Virus record (IMG/VR): IMGVR_UViG_3300012231_000015
Location: 1-47,292 of that record
Source: a virus
Lineage: Duplodnaviria; Caudoviricetes
Reading direction: 5' to 3' (one strand)
Length of the DNA stretch: 47,292 nt
In this document: piece after piece, positions 19,897 to 26,728 of the stretch
How the letters are laid out: each line of letters starts with the position of its first letter
Position numbering within the stretch: position 1 is the stretch's first letter
Made by a program: the position numbers and the translations under genes
The notes under the pieces: model-generated
Databases searched by the model: none
Seen by the model: only the letters and a program-made list of their open reading frames with translations
Told to the model about the DNA's origin: nothing

Positions 19897-21357
19897 TTAC
19901 CTCGAATTATAGTGATCGAGTATTTCGGCAGGAGTGAGTGCGCGGGGATATATTGCCACGTCATCTATCTGTCCATTCATGAATAGATTATATGCAGTAA
20001 TATATCCAATTTCTTCAGGAGTAGTATCTGGTGCTACACGCGGATTTGCTCCTGATATATCTAAAGTACCGTCTACATAAATAGTGCATGTTGTAGAATT
20101 CAAGAGTGTAATTATATGATGCCAATTCCCATCGGCTATCGGTCTAGTTCCAATTATACTATTCTGGGATACTACTCGTATAAATCCATTCATTGCTCCT
20201 ATAAATGTACCATTTGTGGGATGCAATGTTATTAAAGGAATTTGAGCAGTTGATGTAGTTTTAATCCATCCCTCAATAGTAGATATAACTGGAATAGTTA
20301 TACTTGATATGTTTATTTTACCAGTAGATCCATTAAACGTCATTCCTCCTTCACCATTCAGTACAACTCCACCACTAATTGTACCGTTAGCAGTTCCAGC
20401 CGAATCACGCGCAGTCAGGCCAGAAGTCTCATTCAAACGCCAGTAATTCGATGGACCTGACATCACAACTTTGGATGCATACGCACTTCCAATGACTCCG
20501 AATCGTGACAAGTAATGAGATTGAATCTGTGATGGGCTGAGTGCGTATGGATAGATGGCGATCTCGTCTAATGATCCATTGAACCATTGATTACCTTCAG
20601 TTTCCCAACCAATAGATAATAGATTTAGATTTGGTAATGTAACAACATTGGTTCCAGTTACATCTAATACTCCATCAATATAAATCTTACAGTTTGTACC
20701 GTCAAGAATGAAAACAACATGATGCCACTGATTATCACTGATATTACGTACACCATTAGTACCAATACCAGTCCATACTCCAGCCGCACCTACCATGTAA
20801 AATGCTATACGAGATGAACCTCCTACAACATTATGGCGATTAGACAGAATAGTTTTTTGAGTAACCGAGTCTGATGTTTTTATCCATGCCTCAACTGTTA
20901 CAGTAATTGGAAAGGGAGCCGGATTATCAGTTAATATTTTTCCAGTAGTCCCATTGAATAACATCCCCTTCCCTAGCACACCAGCCTGATTCAGTGTCAC
21001 TCCCCCTGATATTGTACCGTTAGCTCCACCTACTGAATCGACTGCCACTAATCCAGTCTGTTCATCCAGACTCCATCTGTACGATGGACGATCAGCCATC
21101 ACAATGGAACCATAGTATTGATCGAGTTCCTTCATCTTTAGTTTAGTAGCCTTGTATGTAGTTCCTCCAGTAGTACACCTAATGAATCCACCTACGTGGT
21201 TATATCCCCCAGTCCATCCAACGAAGGGTCCAGCTAACGCTGGCCCTCTCTCACATGCAGTACCTAGTACTATGTTGCAGGGTGAACCTGGCAGAGCATA
21301 GACTACGTTCTGTAGAATATTGTATTGTGGACCGGGGGATAATAACGTCGTAGCCAT
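19897..21357 (-). CDS. tandem LamG/concanavalin A-like lectin domain protein
   Basis: Two repeats, each with W(S/R)L(D/N)E, NGT.SGGV, E.WIKT, WHH, IY.DG.LD and DE/DDVAIYP.AL.P..I..HY. Confidence 0.85.
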   Translation of the reverse strand: MATTLLSPGPQYNILQNVVYALPGSPCNIVLGTACERGPALAGPFVGWTGGYNHVGGFIRCTTGGTTYKATKLKMKELDQYYGSIVMADRPSYRWSLDEQTGLVAVDSVGGANGTISGGVTLNQAGVLGKGMLFNGTTGKILTDNPAPFPITVTVEAWIKTSDSVTQKTILSNRHNVVGGSSRIAFYMVGAAGVWTGIGTNGVRNISDNQWHHVVFILDGTNCKIYIDGVLDVTGTNVVTLPNLNLLSIGWETEGNQWFNGSLDEIAIYPYALSPSQIQSHYLSRFGVIGSAYASKVVMSGPSNYWRLNETSGLTARDSAGTANGTISGGVVLNGEGGMTFNGSTGKINISSITIPVISTIEGWIKTTSTAQIPLITLHPTNGTFIGAMNGFIRVVSQNSIIGTRPIADGNWHHIITLLNSTTCTIYVDGTLDISGANPRVAPDTTPEEIGYITAYNLFMNGQIDDVAIYPRALTPAEILDHYNSR

Positions 21358-21358
21358 C

Positions 21359-21982
21359 TTACTTCTTTGGTACGGCTGTTACGACTGGCTTCGACTGCGT
21401 GTGAGCAGGGAATTTGTTCTCTGGTGGAACTACTTGAGCTGACATAACAACGACAGCCGTCAGATCGAATGTCATGGGATCCGATAAGATGCCGCCATTC
21501 AATACTGCGACTGGAATACTAGCTGCCACTACAGCAGTACTCATGTCAACTAATGTAGTGAGTTCTGTATCAGATACGAATGTGGTAGGTTCAGGAGAAC
21601 CATTCCACTGAATTTCACTCGATGGAAGGAATCCAGTTCCCATGACATGGAGTGTGAATGATGGAGCGCCAATGACTGCTGTGGAGGGATTGAGTGATGT
21701 AACTACAGGGGGGATAGCCGTCTGACCAGTGAGGACGAATCGAATTGCATCGTATGCCTTATCTGCGAATCTACTGTCAGAACATGCTACATCTAGGATT
21801 TCTCTGATGTAGTTAATCTGTTCTGATGTAACTGGCAGTGGAACGGATGCCAGTAGAACTGGACTGAATGGTTCAGGCTTAATTAATACTGGCATCTTCT
21901 TCTCTTTTCTTTGAACTAGGTATTCACGGATGATCATATAATCTACTTCTGAGATTTCATCATAGGCTACATAATCATCCAT
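21359..21982 (-). CDS. IPT/TIG (Ig-like) domain protein
   Basis: PVVTSLNPSTAVIGAPSFTLHVMGTGF...TTFVSDTELT...SDPMTF is a classic IPT/TIG signature; start uncertain. Confidence 0.75.
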   Translation of the reverse strand: MDDYVAYDEISEVDYMIIREYLVQRKEKKMPVLIKPEPFSPVLLASVPLPVTSEQINYIREILDVACSDSRFADKAYDAIRFVLTGQTAIPPVVTSLNPSTAVIGAPSFTLHVMGTGFLPSSEIQWNGSPEPTTFVSDTELTTLVDMSTAVVAASIPVAVLNGGILSDPMTFDLTAVVVMSAQVVPPENKFPAHTQSKPVVTAVPKK

Positions 21983-22024
21983 GAGATCTCTCGTACGGAC
22001 ACGGACGCCTACGGCGTCTGAGAA

Positions 22025-22411
22025 TTACTTAGGCGAACCAGTCTCAGGCAGACTGTTGTCAATACTTCCACCCTGACCCGGCAGAGAATTGTCTGGAACC
22101 AGAATAAGTCCCTGACATGCCAGCCACTTGACTACATACTTCTTACCGGGACGGGGTAAATCATTCCCTGCCTCTGGTTGATTGGGGAGTGAATTATCTG
22201 GATTGAGTGTAGGATCGAATGGATAGACTGGCAACAGACTGATGTGACCACCACCGGGTAATCCCTGTGATGGATAGACTGGCGCATTAGGTAATGAATT
22301 GTCTGGTCTACCAGTTCCAACACCTGGAAATCCATAGGATGGATCTACTGGACCGCCATCTAAGAACGTGATAATTGCCATACGTGAGGACATTGTATTC
22401 TCCCTATTCAT
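22025..22411 (-). CDS. Pro-rich protein with DNSLP repeats
   Basis: Four DNSLP motifs plus GNDLP; start may be MSSR/MAII after a GGGAG RBS. Confidence 0.6.
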   Translation of the reverse strand: MNRENTMSSRMAIITFLDGGPVDPSYGFPGVGTGRPDNSLPNAPVYPSQGLPGGGHISLLPVYPFDPTLNPDNSLPNQPEAGNDLPRPGKKYVVKWLACQGLILVPDNSLPGQGGSIDNSLPETGSPK

Positions 22412-22982
22412 TGACTGTAATGGTATCGAATGAGTTCTCTTGCCTGAACTGTGGTGCGAAGATTACGAACTGTGGGGTCTGCTGCGCAGACTCAGATGAT
22501 TCTTTTTGAGGTTCTAAATTCTTTATGATGGCTGCCATGTCTTTTGCAATACCTGCCAAGTCTTTTGCATCAGTATAGTCTAGCTTATCTTGTGTGATTG
22601 CGTTGAGTGCTCCAGAAAGAACTTTACCAGCTTTCTTAATAGATCTTTCTCTCGACTTGTTAATGTGTTTAATAATTTCTGATTTGGGTTGATTGTATGT
22701 AGTGGTACTTGTTGCACCCTTGGTATAGGCTGAGACTGACGAGGGGCTGATACCAAAGTCTTTAGCAAGATCGAGTGCAGCCTGTCTACCATTGATTACT
22801 GCCTCTTCGCCAATGATCTGCCTTAGTGAGTCAGGGACATTAACATCACCCTCATTCCGTCCATGAGATGGTGTAATGTCAATGACCTGTGGAGATGGAA
22901 CCACATTAGACTTTAAGCGTGACCCAGACAGTTTCTCCAACTCTATAGAGAACTGTTCGTCTGTTACTATTCCTATTGGCAT
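22404..22982 (-). CDS. probable terminase small subunit (HTH plus helical oligomerisation region)
   Basis: HTH-like AALDLAKDFGISPSSVSAY; two long helices (AKDLAGIAKDMAAII); C-terminal beta strand; early in the packaging operon. Confidence 0.5.
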   Translation of the reverse strand: MPIGIVTDEQFSIELEKLSGSRLKSNVVPSPQVIDITPSHGRNEGDVNVPDSLRQIIGEEAVINGRQAALDLAKDFGISPSSVSAYTKGATSTTTYNQPKSEIIKHINKSRERSIKKAGKVLSGALNAITQDKLDYTDAKDLAGIAKDMAAIIKNLEPQKESSESAQQTPQFVIFAPQFRQENSFDTITVNE

Positions 22983-23289
22983 TTGGAGTTACCTGAATTG
23001 CAAATGTTCTACGCTTCCTACGGGAATCTCTCATGTTATCTGAATGTGTTCCTTGCCATAAATGTCCAGGACATATACATCCTTTACGATCACATGTATG
23101 ACAAATCTCATTCCCGAATCTTAGAGGACCAACACATAATTGATAGATAAATCTATGTGCCGACATTCCCCTTAGTTTAGAATATTCAGACCAATCATTA
23201 CCTTTGATAAACCAACAACCCTTTTCAGGATCTTTGATTATCTTAATTCCTAGAAAGATACCGAGTTCTTTTCTGTTCCGGTTCATCAT
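22906..23289 (-). CDS. HNH endonuclease (HNH_3/Zn-binding type)
   Basis: CW...AHRFIY...ICHTCDRKGCICPGHL..GTHSDNMRD. Confidence 0.85.
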   Translation of the reverse strand: MMNRNRKELGIFLGIKIIKDPEKGCWFIKGNDWSEYSKLRGMSAHRFIYQLCVGPLRFGNEICHTCDRKGCICPGHLWQGTHSDNMRDSRRKRRTFAIQVTPNANRNSNRRTVLYRVGETVWVTLKV

Positions 23290-23474
23290 AGGTTAAGAGT
23301 AGCATGAATGTCAAGTCACCCCTCTCCCCAAGTCCTTTGGAATCAATGAGTTCCGATCGGTTTTTTCGTTGATTCCCTCCTTCCGGTTCCACTATTTACA
23401 TCATACACTGACATATGGGACCATATTATGAGACTCTATATTTCATTTTATCCTACGGCTTGTTATTACTAGCA

Positions 23475-23593
23475 AGCCCCCGTGTGCAGTGTAGATGGCA
23501 CCATTCTTGCAGGGGTATACCCCCCTACCACACACGGGGGCTGATGTCAAGAAAAAAAAAATAAAATGTTCATAAGTTTTTTTTTACTTGACA
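23475..23593. repeat. nested inverted repeats and palindrome at the divergence point (candidate packaging/terminus site)
   Basis: AGCCCCCGTGTG (23475-86) / CACACGGGGGCT (23531-42) flank GGGGTATACCCC (23512-23). TGTCAAG-A-tract...T-tract-CTTGACA spans 23545-93. Confidence 0.6.
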
Positions 23594-23724
23594 GTCCTAC
23601 ATAGTGGACAGTCGCACGCATCCCCTCGATACCAGGCGGACCCTCGCTCACACACCCGGCCGGATGTCAAGCACAATCGACGGACGGCCGCGATAATTAT
23701 TTTCACTGACCCTGCCGATTGTTG

Positions 23725-23752
23725 TTGCAGCAGGGTCTAGCCGTGGTATCCT
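23725..23752 (+). promoter_or_regulatory. sigma70-type early promoter candidate
   Basis: TTGCAG-16-TATCCT with extended -10 TG; shares CGTG before the -10 with the other two early promoters. Confidence 0.45.
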
Positions 23753-23853
23753 TATCAAGTCGATTCTGAGTAACGCGGTTGGCACGCACTGAAACCAACC
23801 GCCTGAAAGGATAGACCAAGATGCACCGGCAGTCGGCAAGCGAGTCGATAGCC

Positions 23854-23887
23854 GAGGGAACTTTCTGAGACGGTCAAACGTCTAACT
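23854..23887 (+). repeat. bipartite motif GAGGGAACTT-N13-AACGTCTAACT, copy 1
   Basis: Both blocks and the spacer length are identical at 24311-24344. Confidence 0.75.
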
Positions 23888-23914
23888 TAAAGAAGCGAGA
23901 GGAGGTGAGGTAGC

Positions 23915-24277
23915 ATGGAGAACAAGACTGGAAGTTCAGTAGCCAAGACCGCCTACGGTCAAAAGCTGGCGAATCCGATTGCGTATGACTACAAGTGGTC
24001 AAACTACACCGGATACGCCGAACTGGTGGCAGCGAACAACACCCTGTCCGAAGAGGAGCAGGTGAAGGTTCGTAACGTCGAGGCGCAGAATAACGCGCGT
24101 GCGGCGGCTCTACAGGTTGCGCTGGATGCGGCTGGAATCGTCAAGCCGACTCTGGACAACGACGAACAGCTTCGACTGCGCGAAATGTTCAAGGTGCTGA
24201 TGTCGTCCAAGAAGTATACGGACGACGAGGCGCGTGAACTGGCCGCGACAACGCTCGGCCTGTCGTGGGCTGAGTAG
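23915..24277 (+). CDS. hypothetical early protein
   Basis: Strong GGAGGTGA RBS; GC-rich codon usage. Confidence 0.75.
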   Translation: MENKTGSSVAKTAYGQKLANPIAYDYKWSNYTGYAELVAANNTLSEEEQVKVRNVEAQNNARAAALQVALDAAGIVKPTLDNDEQLRLREMFKVLMSSKKYTDDEARELAATTLGLSWAE

Positions 24278-24282
24278 TCTGC

Positions 24283-24322
24283 TTCCCTCTGCCATCGACA
24301 TCTGGTGGCAGAGGGAACTTCT
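24283..24322 (+). terminator. hairpin after the first early gene (terminator or processing site)
   Basis: TTCCCTCTGCCA / TGGCAGAGGGAA 12-bp stem; only a weak U tail. Confidence 0.45.
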
Positions 24323-24344
24323 TCGACTCGGATAACGTCTAACT
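24311..24344 (+). repeat. bipartite motif GAGGGAACTT-N13-AACGTCTAACT, copy 2
   Basis: See copy 1. Confidence 0.75.
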
Positions 24345-24362
24345 AATCATGGAGCGTGACAC

Positions 24363-24518
24363 ATGGAAAAAACGAATGCACAGAAGGTCGATGAACTGGC
24401 AGCGCGGCTGATGTACCTGGGAGTCAATCCGAAGCATGCACGCTACAAGGCGGACCGCATCGTCAATTACGACGAGCACTTCGCACGCGAGCACGAGCAG
24501 AAGGAGGTGGGCCAGTGA
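24363..24518 (+). CDS. small hypothetical protein (51 aa)
   Basis: Not in the track. MEKTNAQKVDELAARLMYLGVNPKHARYKADRIVNYDEHFAREHEQKEVGQ with a GGAG RBS. Confidence 0.6.
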   Translation: MEKTNAQKVDELAARLMYLGVNPKHARYKADRIVNYDEHFAREHEQKEVGQ

Positions 24519-24679
24519 TGGCCCCCTACGTCTACGTGCTGATGTCGGCTCAGCCCTTCGGAAACATCGTCGCGGGCGTATTCGACTCGCGTATCGGCGC
24601 TATCACTCACGCACACAGCTGGAAAACGTCAAGCTGGTACATCCTAGAAATGCCCCTCCAGAAGGAGGTGGGGGCATAG
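24518..24679 (+). CDS. small hypothetical protein (53 aa)
   Basis: Not in the track. TGATG coupling and AAGGAGGTG RBS; MAPYVYVLMSAQPFGNIVAGVFDSRIGAITHAHSWKTSSWYILEMPLQKEVGA. Confidence 0.6.
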   Translation: MAPYVYVLMSAQPFGNIVAGVFDSRIGAITHAHSWKTSSWYILEMPLQKEVGA

Positions 24680-24703
24680 CCCCCTTCGTCCCCCAGACCA
24701 CCC

Positions 24704-25019
24704 CCTGTGTAACCTGTGTAAGATCCCTTCCCCACACGTCCTGTGTAAGCTGTGTAAAAACATCCCCCAAAGACTCCTGTGTAGATCCTGTGTATAAATT
24801 CCCAATTATGATAACTCTGTGTGTGTGTGCCTCTCTGTGTTCAATCTCCGGCCGAGCCGACACACACACCACCCCCCAATTGTAAATCTTACAATCTAAT
24901 CATAATCTATTCTTGTTTTTTTATTTTTTTTTTTAATGATTAGTTGGGTTTTGGGGGCTTGACAAGGGTGTGTGTGTCGTGGTAGGATGGGTCGAACACA
25001 GACACGCACACGCACACAC
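24704..25019. other. candidate replication origin: paired CTGTGTA iterons, large imperfect inverted repeat and AT-rich core
   Basis: (C/G)CTGTGTA at 24704/24713, 24740/24749 and 24776/24787. Arms 24819-24879 and 24951-25019 flank an AT/T-rich segment. Confidence 0.55.
24959..24988 (+). promoter_or_regulatory. sigma70-type promoter candidate
   Basis: TTGACA-18-TAGGAT with extended -10 TG and a T-rich upstream element. Confidence 0.55.
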
Positions 25020-25033
25020 TCAACATTGGCACG

Positions 25034-25372
25034 GTGTTTCATAAGTCCTTTAGAATCAGTCACTTACGAGGATCGGGCCAAAAACATGGATTCACTAATG
25101 GAGGGAATGACAGTATGGCTAAACATGCACATCTATTATTGCTCGTTAACAAGAAAACATGGAAGTGCGCGTTCGAGGGATGCGCGTTCTTCGTACACTT
25201 GGGACTCGCACACATCCTCATTGGAAAACAGGCTGTATGCTGGAAATGTGATGAGAAATTCACCGTAACAGAAGATAGTCTCAAGGTAGAGAAACCTATC
25301 TGTGACGATTGTCGTACGATGATCAACGAGGAAATTATCATGAAGAACTTAAAGGATAAGGGACTTGCCTAA
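25034..25372 (+). CDS. small Zn-finger protein
   Basis: CAFEGC, CWKC and CDDC; true start may be MAKHAH after GGAGG. Confidence 0.6.
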   Translation: MFHKSFRISHLRGSGQKHGFTNGGNDSMAKHAHLLLLVNKKTWKCAFEGCAFFVHLGLAHILIGKQAVCWKCDEKFTVTEDSLKVEKPICDDCRTMINEEIIMKNLKDKGLA

Positions 25373-25556
25373 AGAATCCTATAAGGACTCACACAAACAT
25401 GATTATAAACAAACGTACAGACAGGAGTATCTAGGACAGTTACAAACAGAGATTAGAGTAAAGATGGAAGAATTATCCAGGCTTGTAGATAAACTCAATC
25501 GTATCGATGCAGAGTTTGAGAAGTGGTATAAGATGTATTTCCCTGATGGTGGATAA
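25365..25556 (+). CDS. small coiled-coil hypothetical protein
   Basis: TTG start overlapping the upstream stop; heptad pattern. Confidence 0.5.
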   Translation: MPKESYKDSHKHDYKQTYRQEYLGQLQTEIRVKMEELSRLVDKLNRIDAEFEKWYKMYFPDGG

Positions 25557-25665
25557 TGATAAGTAGTAATGATTAGTTGGGCCGGTCGTGTCTCAAAACG
25601 GGACACGGCCGCTTCCGACCACCACCCCTTGGGGTCCGATCGGCGGGCGTCACTACATTATGTGG

Positions 25666-25694
25666 TTGCAATCCCCTCCCGGCCGTGAGACAAT
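25666..25694 (+). promoter_or_regulatory. sigma70-type promoter candidate
   Basis: TTGCAA-17-GACAAT with extended -10 TG. Confidence 0.55.
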
Positions 25695-25840
25695 CAAGGG
25701 TCGGCTCTATTCGCTGACCTAGTGACTTCCCAATAATCATTAGTATCACGTAGTTTCCGAAAGGACGTGAATCATTATCGGCTCAATCAATACAATCTAT
25801 CGTCCCGATACTGATTCCGAAAGGAACAGGTAGATTCTCT

Positions 25841-26053
25841 ATGAAAAGATTTTTCTGTAAGGTCTGCAAAAAGCAGAAACGTGTTAGACGTATGCCCGAC
25901 TCTGTAACGCAGGCGCAGGCATACAACGTGACAGAGCGTGTTGGGATGTGTTCGTGGCACGTCATTGGACGTGTTCATGTTCCACGCATTCCATCCACGA
26001 AAATCAAAACTGTCACGGTGGCTGTGAAGTCACAGAATAAGAGAGTGAGATAA
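25841..26053 (+). CDS. small basic Zn-finger-like protein
   Basis: CKVC...CSWH; Lys/Arg-rich. Confidence 0.55.
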   Translation: MKRFFCKVCKKQKRVRRMPDSVTQAQAYNVTERVGMCSWHVIGRVHVPRIPSTKIKTVTVAVKSQNKRVR

Positions 26054-26709
26054 TGGCTAATGCTAATGGCAAGTCACTCAAGGGTGATTGTGAATGTTGC
26101 CCTAATACGAACGTGCAACTTTACATTCGCCACGGTAACATGGCTATGTGTGAGGAATGCGCGAAAAAGGAAGATTCCCTAGTCAAGTCGGCCAAACATA
26201 TCATCGAAGTCAGTCAAAAGATTGATACGACGATTGAGGTTAAGGCCGATATCTACAATGCTCAGACGGTATCATTGACTGAGCTTCGTGGTGCTATCTG
26301 GGCTGATGTTTCCATCACAGATAGTGACAAGGAATACACGTATGCCAAAGAGACTCAGAAACGTCTCCTACACATTCAGAAAGTTATCTTCGACTCAAAG
26401 ATTGCTGAGCGAGTTCTACAGACTGAATTGCAACAGTCAGTCTCCAGACAGACTGAAGCGCGACGTGCAGAGTTCAAGAATTTTGACGTTAATTATCGTC
26501 CGACTACAATCACCAAGAAAGAGAAAACTACTAAGCCAGCTAAGCAGGGCAAAAAGTCGTTCAATAAACAAGAATTGAATGATGCCTGCAAAAAGTACGA
26601 AGTTCCAGCTAGTGGCGTGCAATCAATCGTCATCAGCCGGAATATGTCGTATGACGCGGCGGCTAAGCACTTGGCAGGTCTTATGGGCCTGCCGACTGCT
26701 GGCAAGTAG
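26053..26709 (+). CDS. hypothetical protein (N-terminal Zn finger, coiled coil, possible C-terminal HTH)
   Basis: CECC...CEEC; ELNDACKKYEVPASGVQSIV. Confidence 0.65.
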   Translation: MANANGKSLKGDCECCPNTNVQLYIRHGNMAMCEECAKKEDSLVKSAKHIIEVSQKIDTTIEVKADIYNAQTVSLTELRGAIWADVSITDSDKEYTYAKETQKRLLHIQKVIFDSKIAERVLQTELQQSVSRQTEARRAEFKNFDVNYRPTTITKKEKTTKPAKQGKKSFNKQELNDACKKYEVPASGVQSIVISRNMSYDAAAKHLAGLMGLPTAGK

Positions 26710-26728
26710 CTAGAGGTTAGACTAACAG

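Noticed and set aside
23522-23616. Back-to-back TTGACA boxes as strong divergent sigma70 promoters
   Set aside because: The hexamers 17 nt downstream (TAGGGG, GTCGCA) are poor -10 boxes; kept only as a symmetry feature.
23765-23812. CTGAGTA...GAAA as a hammerhead ribozyme
   Set aside because: The core does not match CUGAnGA...GAAA with three correctly placed stems.
24704-24795. 36-bp periodic repeats as a possible CRISPR mini-array
   Set aside because: The repeated unit is only 7-9 bp with no 25-40 bp conserved repeat and unique spacers; better explained as iterons.
24436-24885. 149-aa plus-strand track ORF and the antisense 24603..24872 ORF
   Set aside because: They overlap two better small genes with strong RBSs (24363, 24518) and run through the iteron region; no credible protein features.
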